64,000 bases of DNA, taken from an uncultured Actinomycetes bacterium (GTDB lineage Bacteria > Actinomycetota > Thermoleophilia > Gaiellales > Gaiellaceae). The DNA is taken from the NCBI GenBank assembly GCA_963739525.1, contig CAVUAR010000005.1, forward strand, positions 358,915 to 422,914, written 5' to 3'. Position numbers and translations under genes: made by a program. The notes below the pieces were generated by a model. It was not told where the DNA came from and did no database searches. It saw nothing but the letters and a program-made list of their open reading frames with translations. Positions 22,813 through 32,642 of the stretch are shown here, in pieces. The stretch's first letter is position 1. The number at the start of each line of letters is the position of its first letter.

Positions 22813-23380
22813 TCAGAAGACCCTGGCCCAGTCGTTCTTGATGCTGACGACCGTCCAGCCACTCGTGCTGGCCTTCTCCAGCGCCTGCTCGGCACCGCTC
22901 GTGTAGTCGAACTCGCGGTCGGCGTCATCGTGGAGGACGAGCAGGCGAAGAGACGCATTGTCCTGATGCTGCGTGAAGTCGAGCATCGGGATGTCGCCGT
23001 TGCCTGCGCCTCGAAGTCCTCGACGCTGATCCCCTCGTAGGCAGCGAGGATGCCTCCCGCAAGCGTGCGCACGTTCGTGTCGTCGCCCGCATAGTGCTCG
23101 GCCATCAGTTGTCCGAACCAGCCGTAGTCGCGCTCGTACGCCGCCTTCCACGGGTGGCGCTCCCGCAGGTCCGACTGGGCCTCTGCCATCGCCACGAGCC
23201 GCCGAAGGATGAAGTCGGGCTGGATCGGCATCGGCTTCTCACACCCCAACGTGCCGTCGTTGTCGAACACCGCACGATGCGCTCCTCGGGCGGCACCCCG
23301 CCCGAGACCGTCCCCTCGACGAACTCGACAACCGCGCGCTTCGCGGCCCCGTCATTCCAATCAGCCAACAGTTCCGACAT
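22813..23380 (-). pseudogene. HAD-superfamily hydrolase, 2 frame switches
   Basis: MSELLADWNDGAAKRAVVEFV... (ATG 23380), then FDNDGTL (HAD motif I DxDGT) in ORF 22605-23270, then GNGDIPML...TSGWTVVSIKNDW in ORF 22813-23151. Confidence 0.65.
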
Positions 23381-23410
23381 CGTCTGGCTCGAGTCCTGCC
23401 GAGAGCCCCG

Positions 23411-25770
23411 CTACTCGCGCATGAGCATCGCGGCCGCCTCGCGCTCGAGGTCGATGTACGCCTCGCCGCTGACATCGACGGCGACGCGTCGAATCGTTCC
23501 GCCGGTGAAGCGCCAGGGCTCCGTCCCCGGGTAGTCGCCGGTGACGCCGGCGCCTCCGTCGCGACCGACGCAGAGTCCTTCGCCGGCGATCATGAACTTC
23601 CCGGGTTGCGTCTTGATCTGTCCTTCGCCGACCTTCTCGTCGCCGTGCCAGAGGGAGAGTAGGCCAGTCGCGACGCCGGGCGGGTCCTCGCCGCTCTTGT
23701 CGAACGAGGCCGACAGGATCAAGTTCTCGCCGGTCGGAAGGTCCTCGGTCGCAACGATCTGCTGCTCCATCATGCCGACGAAGCTGTAGATGTAGTGAAG
23801 TCGGTTGTCCTTGACGTACAGGGCGTGGCCGCCGAACGGCGAGCCGTGCGCGAAGAGCACTCCCTCGGCGCCCGGGGCCGGGATGTCGACCAGCGCCCCG
23901 ATCGCGTAGGAGCGGTTGCGGACGTTCACCGCCTGGGCCTCGGGCACTTCGGCCGTGTCGGGGAAGTAGACGTAGCGGTCGCGTGGCGGCAGAGCACCGG
24001 CCGCGGGGTGAGCGAGGATCTCGAGAGCCGAGCGGTCGTCGAGCGGGAAGGCGCCGTTTGCGCCGGCCTCCGCGATACCAGAGGTTCACGAGCTCGCGGA
24101 GCTTGTCCGGCTGCTCGGAGGCGAGGTTGTGCAGCTCGGACCGGTCGACGTCGGTGTGGTACAGCTCCCACTCGTCGTCGTTGAAGTTGCTCCAGCCGGC
24201 GATCGTCGGGTGGTTCGTGACCGCCTTCCAGCCGTCATGCCAGATCGCCCGGGAGCCGAGCATCGAGTAGAACTGCGTGTTCCTCGTCGTCGGCGCCTTC
24301 GGCGTCGTCGAAGCTCGAGCGCATGCTGGCGCCGTCGAAGGGGCTCTGGACGTGGCCCTTGATCGTCTGCGGCGCCTCGACGCCGAGCACGTCGAGGATC
24401 GTCGGCGACGATGTCGATCGCGTGGTGGTACTGGTCCCGGATCTCGCCCCTGACTTCATGCCGGCAGGCCAGGAGATGATGCAGGCATCGCTCGTGCCGC
24501 CGTTGAACTCGTATCGCTTCCACATCTTGAACGGCGTGTTGAAGGCCATCGCCCAGCCGTTCGGGTAGTGGTTGTAGGTCTTCGGGCTGCCGAGGTCGTC
24601 GAGCAGCGGCAGGTTGGCTTCGATGTTGTCGGGGATGCCGTTCACGAACTTCATCTCGTTGACGGAGCCGTTCGGGCCGCCCTCGCCCGAGGCGCCGTTG
24701 TCGGAGACGAGGACGACGAGCGTGTTCTCGCGCCAGCCGAACTCTTCGAGGAAGCCGAGCAGGCGTCCGATCTGGTCGTCGGCGTGCGCGAGGAACCCGG
24801 CGTAGACCTCTGCCATGCGGCTGAACAGGGCCTTCTCGTCGTCCGACAGCGAGTCCCATGGTCTCGTGACGTCGAGCGGCGGGAAAGGCTTGCCGTCCGG
24901 CCCAGTGCGCGTCTCGGGCGTCCCGATCGGGTTGATCGGCGGCAGCTCGGTGTCCTTGGGGACGAGCCCAGCTTCTTCTGCCGGGCGAGCGTCTCGCTCG
25001 CGCATCGCCTCATAGCCCGTGTCGAAGCGACCCTTGTACTTTTCGATCCACTCCTTCGGCACGTGGTGCGGTGCGTGACAGGCGCCGGGCGCGTAGTAGA
25101 GGAAGAAAGGCTTCTCCGGAGCAACCGCCTTCGCGTCCATGATGAACTCGATCGCCTTGTCGGTGAGGTCCTCCGTCAGGTGGTAACCCTCCTCGGGCGA
25201 CTTCGGCTGGTCAACGAGGTGGTTGTCGTAGACGAGGTCGGGATACCACTGGCTCGTTTCGGCACCAAGGAATCCGTACCAGCGCTCGAAGCCGCGGCCG
25301 CTCGGCCAGTTGCGCCGGGTTGAGGCGAGGTTCATCTCGTCTTCGGGACAGAGATGCCACTTGCCCACCATGTAGGTGTTCCAACCGAGCTCGCCGAGGA
25401 TCTCCGGCAGCATTCCGTTCTCGGGCGGGATCGTCCCGCTCGCGTTCGGGAAGCCGATTGCCGCCTCGGTGATGCAGGCCATGCTGTTGCGCGTGTGGTT
25501 ACGCCCAGTCAGCAGGCACGAGCGCGTGGGCGAGCAGAGAGCGGTCGTGTGCCACTGCGTGTAGCGCACGCCCTCGGCCGCAAGCTTGTCGATGTTCGGC
25601 GTCTCGACCGGCCCGCCATAGCAGCCCATCGCCGAGAAACCGACATCGTCGAGGACGATGTAGACGACGCTGGGCGCGCCCTCCGGCGCCTTCGGCGGCT
25701 CGAACGGCGTCCAGTCCGGCTCCGAATCGCGAATGTCGACGTTGACGACGCCGTTGAATGCCTCGCTCAT
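23411..25770 (-). pseudogene. arylsulfatase (Cys-type), about 4 frame switches
   Basis: ATG 25770 with GGAGGGAG SD. YIVLDDVGFS, formylglycine motif CSPTRSCLLTGR, GKWHL, LVVLVSDNGAS. Later pieces in other frames: GEIRDQYHHAIDIV, GSRAIWHDGWKAV, C-terminal domain ...GHALYVKDNRLHYIYSF.... Switches near 24470, 24420, 24290 and 24055. Confidence 0.8.
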
Positions 25771-25946
25771 CCTTGCTCCCTCCGATCGACCGTGGCGTTG
25801 GCAAATCCAGCGGATGCGCTCATCGGACGGCAACTGTCCTCGGAAGCGCTTCCGACCGCATCATCCCGTTGAGATGATCGAGCGGCGCTCTCGGGGACGG
25901 GAGTCCCGATGCCCGTACGAGAGACCCTCTCTCTTACGCCTCGCCT

Positions 25947-26453
25947 TTAGGCCTCGCCAGCTGCGGCCTTGACCTGCTCCGCGCTGTCTCGGTCGACCTT
26001 TTCCTTCGTGACTTTGCTGGCGTTCGAGAGCGCGCTGTCGATGTCGTCCGACCACCGCTCCTCGAAGATCGCCACCACTCCAGAGCTGTTCAGCGGCAGC
26101 ACGTCCTCGACGTCTGCCTTGATCTCCTTCTTTTGGCGGTGGGAGACGAGTCCGCCGGCCCCGGCCCCGATGCCGGCTCCCACCGCAGCACTCGCGAGAA
26201 GGGCAGGCGGGAAGATGAGCCCGACGACGGCCCCACCGACCGCTCCCCACTTCGCGCCCTTGCGGGTCTCGTGAAAGTCGTCGTCGACGTGGATCTTGCC
26301 GTCGGAGCGACGGCTGACCAGGATCATCCCGTCAACATGGATCACATCGTCCTTGGTGAGCTGCTTGAGGGCGTCCCAATCCTCGCGCGCTGCGTCGGGA
26401 TCGTCGTACGCCGCGATATAGAGATCTTCTGGGGGTGCGCTGGCGGTTGCCAT
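25947..26453 (-). CDS. DUF1269-type membrane protein
   Basis: ATG 26453 preceded by AAGGAGGAAGAA. Gly-zipper membrane segment GAKWGAVGGAVVGLIFPPALLASAAVGAGIGAGAGG. Confidence 0.65.
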   Translation of the reverse strand: MATASAPPEDLYIAAYDDPDAAREDWDALKQLTKDDVIHVDGMILVSRRSDGKIHVDDDFHETRKGAKWGAVGGAVVGLIFPPALLASAAVGAGIGAGAGGLVSHRQKKEIKADVEDVLPLNSSGVVAIFEERWSDDIDSALSNASKVTKEKVDRDSAEQVKAAAGEA

Positions 26454-26940
26454 TTCTTCCTCCTTGCTGTCCGGGCGACGAGGACGCCGCCGCTTGCGCG
26501 GCACGTCGCTCTCGCCTTCAGGGCGTTCGCGCCCCCGGAGTCTCGGGCATCGGTACCCCGCCGAGCATCGTCCTGAAGGGGTGAACTGGATGCCTCTGCT
26601 CGAGCCTCACGGAACGTCTCTCGTGACGCGATCGGCGGCTCCGGCATCCGGGCCATCCCGCTCGATCGCCGTCTTCAACGCCTTCCACCTCTTGCCGCTG
26701 ACGCCCGCGATTGCGGCAGGGACTGCCCGCGCAGCGTTCGTAGGCGCGATATCTGCGCGCGGTCCAAGCGAGGCACGTGCCCAACCCGCGCGAAAAACTG
26801 GCGAGGTGTGGGAAGGCGCAGCCCAAACAACTGCGGGGCGACGTGCGGGAACGCCTCGAAGTCCTCGAGGCGGAGCTCAGGAAGGAATCGCAACCACCGC
26901 CGCTGATCGGCGTCTCGACCGCGCACCGCGGTGCCCGCGC

Positions 26941-27378
26941 TTGAACGAGCAGGCAGAGGCGGTTGGAAATGCGATCGACTACTCATTGGGGTACCGCCTC
27001 GACTCTCAAAGTGCCGCACATCCCAGGGTCCTCGCGCTCCAAACCCTCGCCGAGGCGCCACCCGATGGGAGCATTCGCATCGTCGCGGAGCCTGCACCAG
27101 ATGACCGACTCAACGTCTACGGCACCGGCTCCGTGTACCTCTTCGAGGCATTAAAACTTGCGGGTGAATTGATTCCGCAGCTATGGATCGAAGGGCTAGA
27201 CGAGATGGGCGAGGAGCTTCAGGAGCTCGCGGTGATGAGGCTGCTGGAAGAGAACCCTGACGACCCGCAAACCGACGAGCCACCACCGCCCGCCGCCGAG
27301 AGCGTTGCGTGGGTCAGGCGTGCCAGGAATGCCCGTCGCGTGCGAGCACCGGTGCGTGCACGGAATGGTGAGTGCTGA
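26941..27378 (+). CDS. hypothetical acidic protein in an AT-richer patch (weak call)
   Basis: The only protein-like frame here (LGYRLDSQSAAHPRVLALQTL...LWIEGLDEMGEELQELAVMRLLEENPDD). It uses rare codons (TTA, AAA, CTA, ATT). There is no SD, and a TTG is the only start candidate. Confidence 0.2.
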   Translation: MNEQAEAVGNAIDYSLGYRLDSQSAAHPRVLALQTLAEAPPDGSIRIVAEPAPDDRLNVYGTGSVYLFEALKLAGELIPQLWIEGLDEMGEELQELAVMRLLEENPDDPQTDEPPPPAAESVAWVRRARNARRVRAPVRARNGEC

Positions 27379-27545
27379 AGCAGTCGGTAGCGGCTGACGA
27401 CTGCGCGACTGGCGGGCTGCTCCGGATTGAGAGACACTGCCCCACGGCCCATCAAGGCATGACGACTGCACAACAGGGAGAGGCTCGGAGGGCGAAGCCC
27501 CTGCTTGGGATTCGTCGGCAGCCGGGGCGTCTCGCACTTGCCGCC

Positions 27546-27980
27546 ATGCGGATGCCGCTCCCGCTCTACCGGCGTGGCTGGGGCCGGCTGCTCGACCACA
27601 CCTTTCTGCTCATCACCCACCAAGGGCGAAAGACCGGCAAGCGCCGTGAGACGGTTGCGATGGCGTTGAAGTACGACCCGAGCACTCACGAGGCTGTGGT
27701 CTGCTCGGCTTGGGGACCGAACAGCGACTGGATCCGCAACATTCGCGCCCACCCGGCGCTGGGCATCCAGATTGGTCGCGAATCGTACATCCCGGAGCAA
27801 CGGTTCCTCTCCGAGGACGAGAGCGTCGCCGTTGCGACCGAGTTCCGGCGCCGGCATCCCTGGCGGTTGCACATCCTCGCGGCGATTCTCGGCTGGGGCG
27901 ATCTCCGTACCGACACCGCGATCAGGGAGTTCGTCCGCACGCGTCCGTTTGTCTCCTTCCGACCGGCGCCATTCCCTTAG
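27546..27980 (+). CDS. deazaflavin (F420)-dependent nitroreductase-family oxidoreductase (DUF385 type)
   Basis: MRMPLPLYRRGWGRLLDHTFLLITHQGRKTGKRRETV...WGPNSDWIRNIRAHP matches the family pattern. Confidence 0.7.
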   Translation: MRMPLPLYRRGWGRLLDHTFLLITHQGRKTGKRRETVAMALKYDPSTHEAVVCSAWGPNSDWIRNIRAHPALGIQIGRESYIPEQRFLSEDESVAVATEFRRRHPWRLHILAAILGWGDLRTDTAIREFVRTRPFVSFRPAPFP

Positions 27981-28199
27981 TCGGCACTGCTGCACGCTCG
28001 GTGGCCTTTCACGAAGGCGTTCGGAAACACGTTGCCGTCCGCTGACGCTGAGACATGGCACGATTTCCGAGATCACCTTGTTCGGCCGCTCCTCGCGGCG
28101 GATACTGGCGGTCGACGGTTCGGGATCACAGAGTCGTCGGGCCCGCCGCCGCCCTCGTCGGGCGCGGCTAGCCTGGGGGGAGATGGCGAGAATGCGGCC

Positions 28200-29306
28200 G
28201 TGACCAAAGCCCAGAAGGCGTCGCCCCTGGTAAGCGTCGTCACGCCTGTCTTCAACGGTGAGCGCTACCTGGCCGAGTGCATCGAAAGCGTGCTCGGGCA
28301 GACGTTTGTCGACTGGGAATATGTCGTCGTCGACAACCAGAGCATCGACGCGACGCCGAGCATCGTCGAGCGATACGCGCGCGAAGATCCGCGGATTCGC
28401 CTGCACGTCAGCGACGCGTGCCGGCCCGTCATCGCCAACTGGAACTGCGCGCTGAAGCAGATCTCGCCGCAGACCTCCTATTGCAAGATCGTGCATGCCG
28501 ACGACCTCCTAATGCCGCGCTGCCTCGAGCGTATGGTCGAGCTCGCCGAGCAGCATCCTTCCGTCGCGATCGTCGGTGCCTTCCGCCTTGCCGGTAACAA
28601 GGTCGAGCTGGACGATGTCGTGCCGTTCCGAACGTCAGTCGTCTCCGGCGAGACGATCTGCCGTCACTCTCTGCTCGGAGGGCGGTACATCTTCGGATCG
28701 CCGAGCTCACTGCTTCTACGCGCGAGCGTCGTCCGTGAGCGTGAGGCCTTCTACAACGAATCGCACCTACACGCCGATACGGAGTCCTGCTACGAGGTGC
28801 TGAAGACGAACGACTTCGGCTTCGTCCACGAGATCCTCACCTACACGCGCAGGCATGAGACCTCAGTCACCTCTGCCGCGCGCCGCCTGGGCACGTGGCT
28901 TCCGGATCACACGGCGATGCTCGTGAAGTATGGCCCCGTCTACCTCACGGATGAGGAGCTCGACCGGCGCTTGCGGCAGCTGCTACGCCGGTACAACCGG
29001 CGGCTCGTACGCAGCACTATCGGCGGGCGCCCGTTTCGCGACCCGAGCTTCGTCGCCCACCACCGGCGCATGTTGGCCGAGATCTCCGACGCTCTCGGGC
29101 CGCTCTCCACCCGGCGCGGGCGCTCGCTGCAACTCTGGCGAGGCGTGCTCGCCGCCAGCGCTCCGCTCGCCGACCTCTCTCGCAAAACGGGGGACCGAAT
29201 GAGCGACGCTGACCAAGCCACGATCGAGGGCTTCGAGCCAACACGCAAGGTCGAAGAAGGCGCGACGCCCTCCGATAGAACAACACGCTCGGCTTCAACC
29301 TCCTGA
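28200..29306 (+). CDS. family 2 glycosyltransferase
   Basis: VSVVTPVFNGERYLAECIESVLGQT, VVVDNQSIDAT and HADDLL (DxD region). GTG 28200 is chosen as the first plausible start. About 120-aa C-terminal extension. Confidence 0.8.
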   Translation: MTKAQKASPLVSVVTPVFNGERYLAECIESVLGQTFVDWEYVVVDNQSIDATPSIVERYAREDPRIRLHVSDACRPVIANWNCALKQISPQTSYCKIVHADDLLMPRCLERMVELAEQHPSVAIVGAFRLAGNKVELDDVVPFRTSVVSGETICRHSLLGGRYIFGSPSSLLLRASVVREREAFYNESHLHADTESCYEVLKTNDFGFVHEILTYTRRHETSVTSAARRLGTWLPDHTAMLVKYGPVYLTDEELDRRLRQLLRRYNRRLVRSTIGGRPFRDPSFVAHHRRMLAEISDALGPLSTRRGRSLQLWRGVLAASAPLADLSRKTGDRMSDADQATIEGFEPTRKVEEGATPSDRTTRSASTS

Positions 29307-29596
29307 CCATCGCCTATCTCTTGGAGCGACCGGCGGCCAGGATGGCCACTGTTCCGCCGAGGCCTATCGAGCGTCTTTCATCGATGGTCTTTGAAGGCCT
29401 CAGGACCTTAGTTGCGCCCCCAATCGTCCCCGCGCCTGGTGCGAAGGGAGAGGATCTTACGAAGAATTCACAAGCTCGCCGTGCCTGCATGCGAGCCCGG
29501 TTCCTCCGATCGATCCAAGGCGACTTTCGCCGCACGCCTTGTCTAAACGCGAGCGAACGTCCAAGATAGGCTCGCCGCGATTTCAGGAGGATCCCG

Positions 29597-29842
29597 ATGG
29601 ATACGCTGGCGACCCAGCGTCGGGTCGAGAGAGTGATCCGCGAATGCCGTGTGCTCGGTATCGAACCCGAAGCGCGCACCGTTGCCGAGATAATGGTCGA
29701 CGACGACGTCACGAGGGACAAGTACGCCAGCTTCTCAGAGGAATGGGACATCGCCTTTCTCGAGTATGAGAAGGCTGCCAACCGCGCTCTGGCACGGCCG
29801 AAGCACGCATGGATGACTGGGGAGAAGCGCAGGAGGGCATGA
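29597..29842 (+). CDS. small hypothetical protein (81 aa)
   Basis: ATG 7 nt after CAGGAGGA. Balanced helical-looking sequence. Sits in a roughly 62% GC spacer between the GT2 and the epimerase. Confidence 0.4.
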   Translation: MDTLATQRRVERVIRECRVLGIEPEARTVAEIMVDDDVTRDKYASFSEEWDIAFLEYEKAANRALARPKHAWMTGEKRRRA

Positions 29843-30011
29843 CCGCCGAGCGTAGGCGCAGTTCGTCCTAGCAAGGCGACCTGGCGAGTTCGACCGTTGA
29901 CGAGCAGGGCTCCGGGACCACCCGACTTCAGACCGACCGGATACGACTGGCGCATCCTTTCCGCCGCGGGAGGAAGCTTCAGCGATTCGGGGTCTGGGCA
30001 GTGTCACTAGC

Positions 30012-30962
30012 ATGAGCCGCTACCTCGTCACCGGCTGTGCTGGGTTCATTGGGTCGCACCTCACGGACGAGATCATCGCGCGAGGCGACGAAGTCGTCGG
30101 GGTCGACGCCTTCACGGACTACTACGCGCGTGAAACGAAGGAACTCAACCTCGCCGAGGCGCGTGCGGACACCGGTCTGTCGCTCGTCGAGCTCGACCTG
30201 ACCGAAGGCGAGCTCAAGCCGCTCCTCGACGGTGTGGACGGGGTCTTTCATCTCGCCGCCCAGCCCGGAGTTCGAGGGAGCTGGGGCGACGGGTTCGCCC
30301 GCTACGTCCAGGACAACATCCTCGCCACCCAGCGGCTCTTCGACGCCATGGCGGGCACGGGCCTTCGCGTGGTCATGGCGTCGACCTCGTCGGTGTACGG
30401 GAACGCCGAGACATATCCGACTCGGGAGGACGCGACGCCAAGGCCGGTCTCTCCCTACGGCGTCACGAAGCTCGCCTGCGAGTCCCTCGCCCGAACATAC
30501 GCGGAATGCTTCGGCCTGGAAGTCGTGCTCCTACGCTACTTCAGCGTCTACGGTCCAAGGCAGCGTCCCGACATGGCGTTCGCCCGGATCATCGCGGCCG
30601 TGCTCGGCGAGCGGACCTTCTCCGTCTTTGGATCCGGTGAGCAGTCGCGTGACTTCACCTATGTCGGGGACGCGGTGGAGGCCACGCTCGCCGCGATGGA
30701 GGGCGGTCCGGCCGGCATCGTCTACAACGTCGGCGGGGGAAGCGAGACGACCCTGAACCAGGCGATCGAAGTGTGCGAGCGGCTGGCGGACAAGCAGCTG
30801 AGAGTCGTCCACGAGCCGCAGGCTCTCGGAGACGTCCGAAGAACCGGAGCAGACACGACCCTCGCTGCCGCGGAGCTCGGCTGGCGCCCACGGATCTCCC
30901 TCGAGGAAGGCCTCGCCCGCCAGCTGGCGGCTGCTCGGTCAGCGGGTAGCGTCCCTTCCTAG
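30012..30962 (+). CDS. NAD-dependent nucleotide-sugar epimerase/dehydratase (SDR)
   Basis: VTGCAGFIGSHL Rossmann motif, MASTSSVYG, catalytic YGVTK. Confidence 0.85.
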   Translation: MSRYLVTGCAGFIGSHLTDEIIARGDEVVGVDAFTDYYARETKELNLAEARADTGLSLVELDLTEGELKPLLDGVDGVFHLAAQPGVRGSWGDGFARYVQDNILATQRLFDAMAGTGLRVVMASTSSVYGNAETYPTREDATPRPVSPYGVTKLACESLARTYAECFGLEVVLLRYFSVYGPRQRPDMAFARIIAAVLGERTFSVFGSGEQSRDFTYVGDAVEATLAAMEGGPAGIVYNVGGGSETTLNQAIEVCERLADKQLRVVHEPQALGDVRRTGADTTLAAAELGWRPRISLEEGLARQLAAARSAGSVPS

Positions 30963-31207
30963 AGCGTCCAGAAGACGATGGCGAGAACGAGTGCGGCGCT
31001 CACGGAGATGGCTCCACCGACGAGAGCGAGCTGGCGACGGCGCGTGGCAACGAACTGCGCGAGCGCGGACCCCGGCAGCGCCGAGGGGGGGATTGCCGCG
31101 AGCGCGACGAACACCACCGAGATCACGATTGCAGCGGAGAGGATCGGGAGCCCGGCGTGCAGGGTCTCCTTCAACTCCTCGACATGGCCGCTTTCAGAGA
31201 GGAACAT
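30959..31207 (-). CDS. small membrane protein (hypothetical)
   Basis: 82 aa, two hydrophobic helices. Convergent with the epimerase, sharing a CTAG stop overlap. Confidence 0.35.
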   Translation of the reverse strand: MFLSESGHVEELKETLHAGLPILSAAIVISVVFVALAAIPPSALPGSALAQFVATRRRQLALVGGAISVSAALVLAIVFWTL

Positions 31208-31375
31208 TCACTCCGCAGCGAGCGTGGCGCCGAACCGAGCCCGCCCTTCGCGGAGTCTAACCTCGCCGTGCGGCCCGGTGTCGCCCGTCCGTTCCCGCAA
31301 CACCGGCCCCGCGGGCGCGCCTAAGCTACGGACAGGAGATCGGGACGCGCCCGATCCAGGGACTTCCGGGGTGCC

Positions 31376-32614
31376 TTGAGCAGCGTAGTCACAATCGGCA
31401 AGCGTTGGTGGTGGCTCCTCGTGATCGGGGCGGTTGTCGCGGCCCTGATGGGGTTGCTCGTCGCGAACCGCCTGCCCGACACATACGAAGCCGAGACGCA
31501 GGTCCTCGTCGGCCCGCTGACCCCACCCGACAAGGACACGCTCGACACCGCCGGAGCCCAGGCGCGAACATACAGCGCCCTCGCGACCACGAGCCCCATC
31601 CTCGACGCCGCAGCCCAGCGCGTGGGTCTCACGAGCATCCGCGGCAAGATCCACGGCGTCAACGCAAGCGACGTCACGCGGCTGATCTCCATCACGGCCC
31701 GCGACAGCGACCCCGCTCGGGCGGCCGCGATCGCCAATGCGCTTGCAACGGTCCTGGTACAACGCGCGGCCGGCGGGCCGCCGGCAGGTCGGCTCACGGT
31801 GGTGCAGCAGGCGACACCTCCGCAAAACCCGGTCGGCCCTTCCACGGGTCTCATCGTTGCGCTGACCGCCCTCGTCGGGTTGCTCGGGGCGTTCGGCATC
31901 GCTGCGCTCGTCGACTCCCTCACCGCGGTCGTACGCTCGGAGGAGGACATCGCCCCGTACACGCCGGTCCTCGGCTCGGTGAACGGATCCCGGCCCTGGC
32001 GGAGGGAAAAGCCAATCGTCGTCGAGGCGGAGCCCGAGTCGTCGGCGGCCGCCTCCTACCGCGTGTTGACAACCAAGATCGAGCTTTCCAACGGGGAGGT
32101 TCCCCTCCGAAGCCTTCTCCTGCTGGACGTCCACGGGGGTCATTCGAGCGCACGCGTCGCGGCGAATCTCGCGGCCAGCTTCGTGGAGGACGGCACGCGC
32201 GTCGTCCTCGTCGACGGCGACCAGCGGGGCGGCCTGATGCGCCTCTTCACACAAGGATCCGAGTCGGCGGACGTTGTACAAAGGGCACGCCCGCTGCGCA
32301 TCGGCAAGCTCATGTTCGACCGGTTTCGCATCCGCCGCCCTCGGCTCATCGTGCTCAGACCGCGGAGGACGTCGGAAGCCCTCGACGCAGAGCAAGCAAG
32401 CGAGACGATCGAGCACCTGCTCGCGGGGGCCGACCTTGTTCTGCTCACGGCGGCGCCGCCCGACCATTCGTCCGAGAGCCTGCTCTGGGCGCGTGCCGCC
32501 CAGAGCACGATCGTGGTCGCCGAGCAGGATCACACCAAGCGAGAGGAGATGACTCCGACGCTCGAGAGCCTCCGCGTCGCCGACGCAAACGTCATCGGCG
32601 CGGTGCTGTCTTGA
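31376..32614 (+). CDS. Wzz-like chain-length determinant fused to a BY-kinase-like domain lacking Walker A lysine
   Basis: TM1 WWWLLVIGAVVAALMGLLV, Wzz-type periplasmic segment, TM2 LIVALTALVGLLGAFGIAALV. Then a MinD/BY-kinase-like domain with VVLVDGDQRGG (Walker A'), but DVHGGHSSARVAANLA where GxGKS/T is expected. Confidence 0.7.
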   Translation: MSSVVTIGKRWWWLLVIGAVVAALMGLLVANRLPDTYEAETQVLVGPLTPPDKDTLDTAGAQARTYSALATTSPILDAAAQRVGLTSIRGKIHGVNASDVTRLISITARDSDPARAAAIANALATVLVQRAAGGPPAGRLTVVQQATPPQNPVGPSTGLIVALTALVGLLGAFGIAALVDSLTAVVRSEEDIAPYTPVLGSVNGSRPWRREKPIVVEAEPESSAAASYRVLTTKIELSNGEVPLRSLLLLDVHGGHSSARVAANLAASFVEDGTRVVLVDGDQRGGLMRLFTQGSESADVVQRARPLRIGKLMFDRFRIRRPRLIVLRPRRTSEALDAEQASETIEHLLAGADLVLLTAAPPDHSSESLLWARAAQSTIVVAEQDHTKREEMTPTLESLRVADANVIGAVLS

Positions 32615-32642
32615 GCCCACGCCCCAGCCGTTCCGCAAAGCC

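Noticed and set aside
27219-28496. Long antisense ORFs, including 27219-28496, 8809-10275, 32733-34991, 35746-37056, 36210-37817 and 42749-44800.
   Set aside because: Their composition is dominated by Arg, Pro, Gly and Asp. They lie opposite genes with clear family motifs. This is typical shadow-ORF behaviour in roughly 70% GC DNA.
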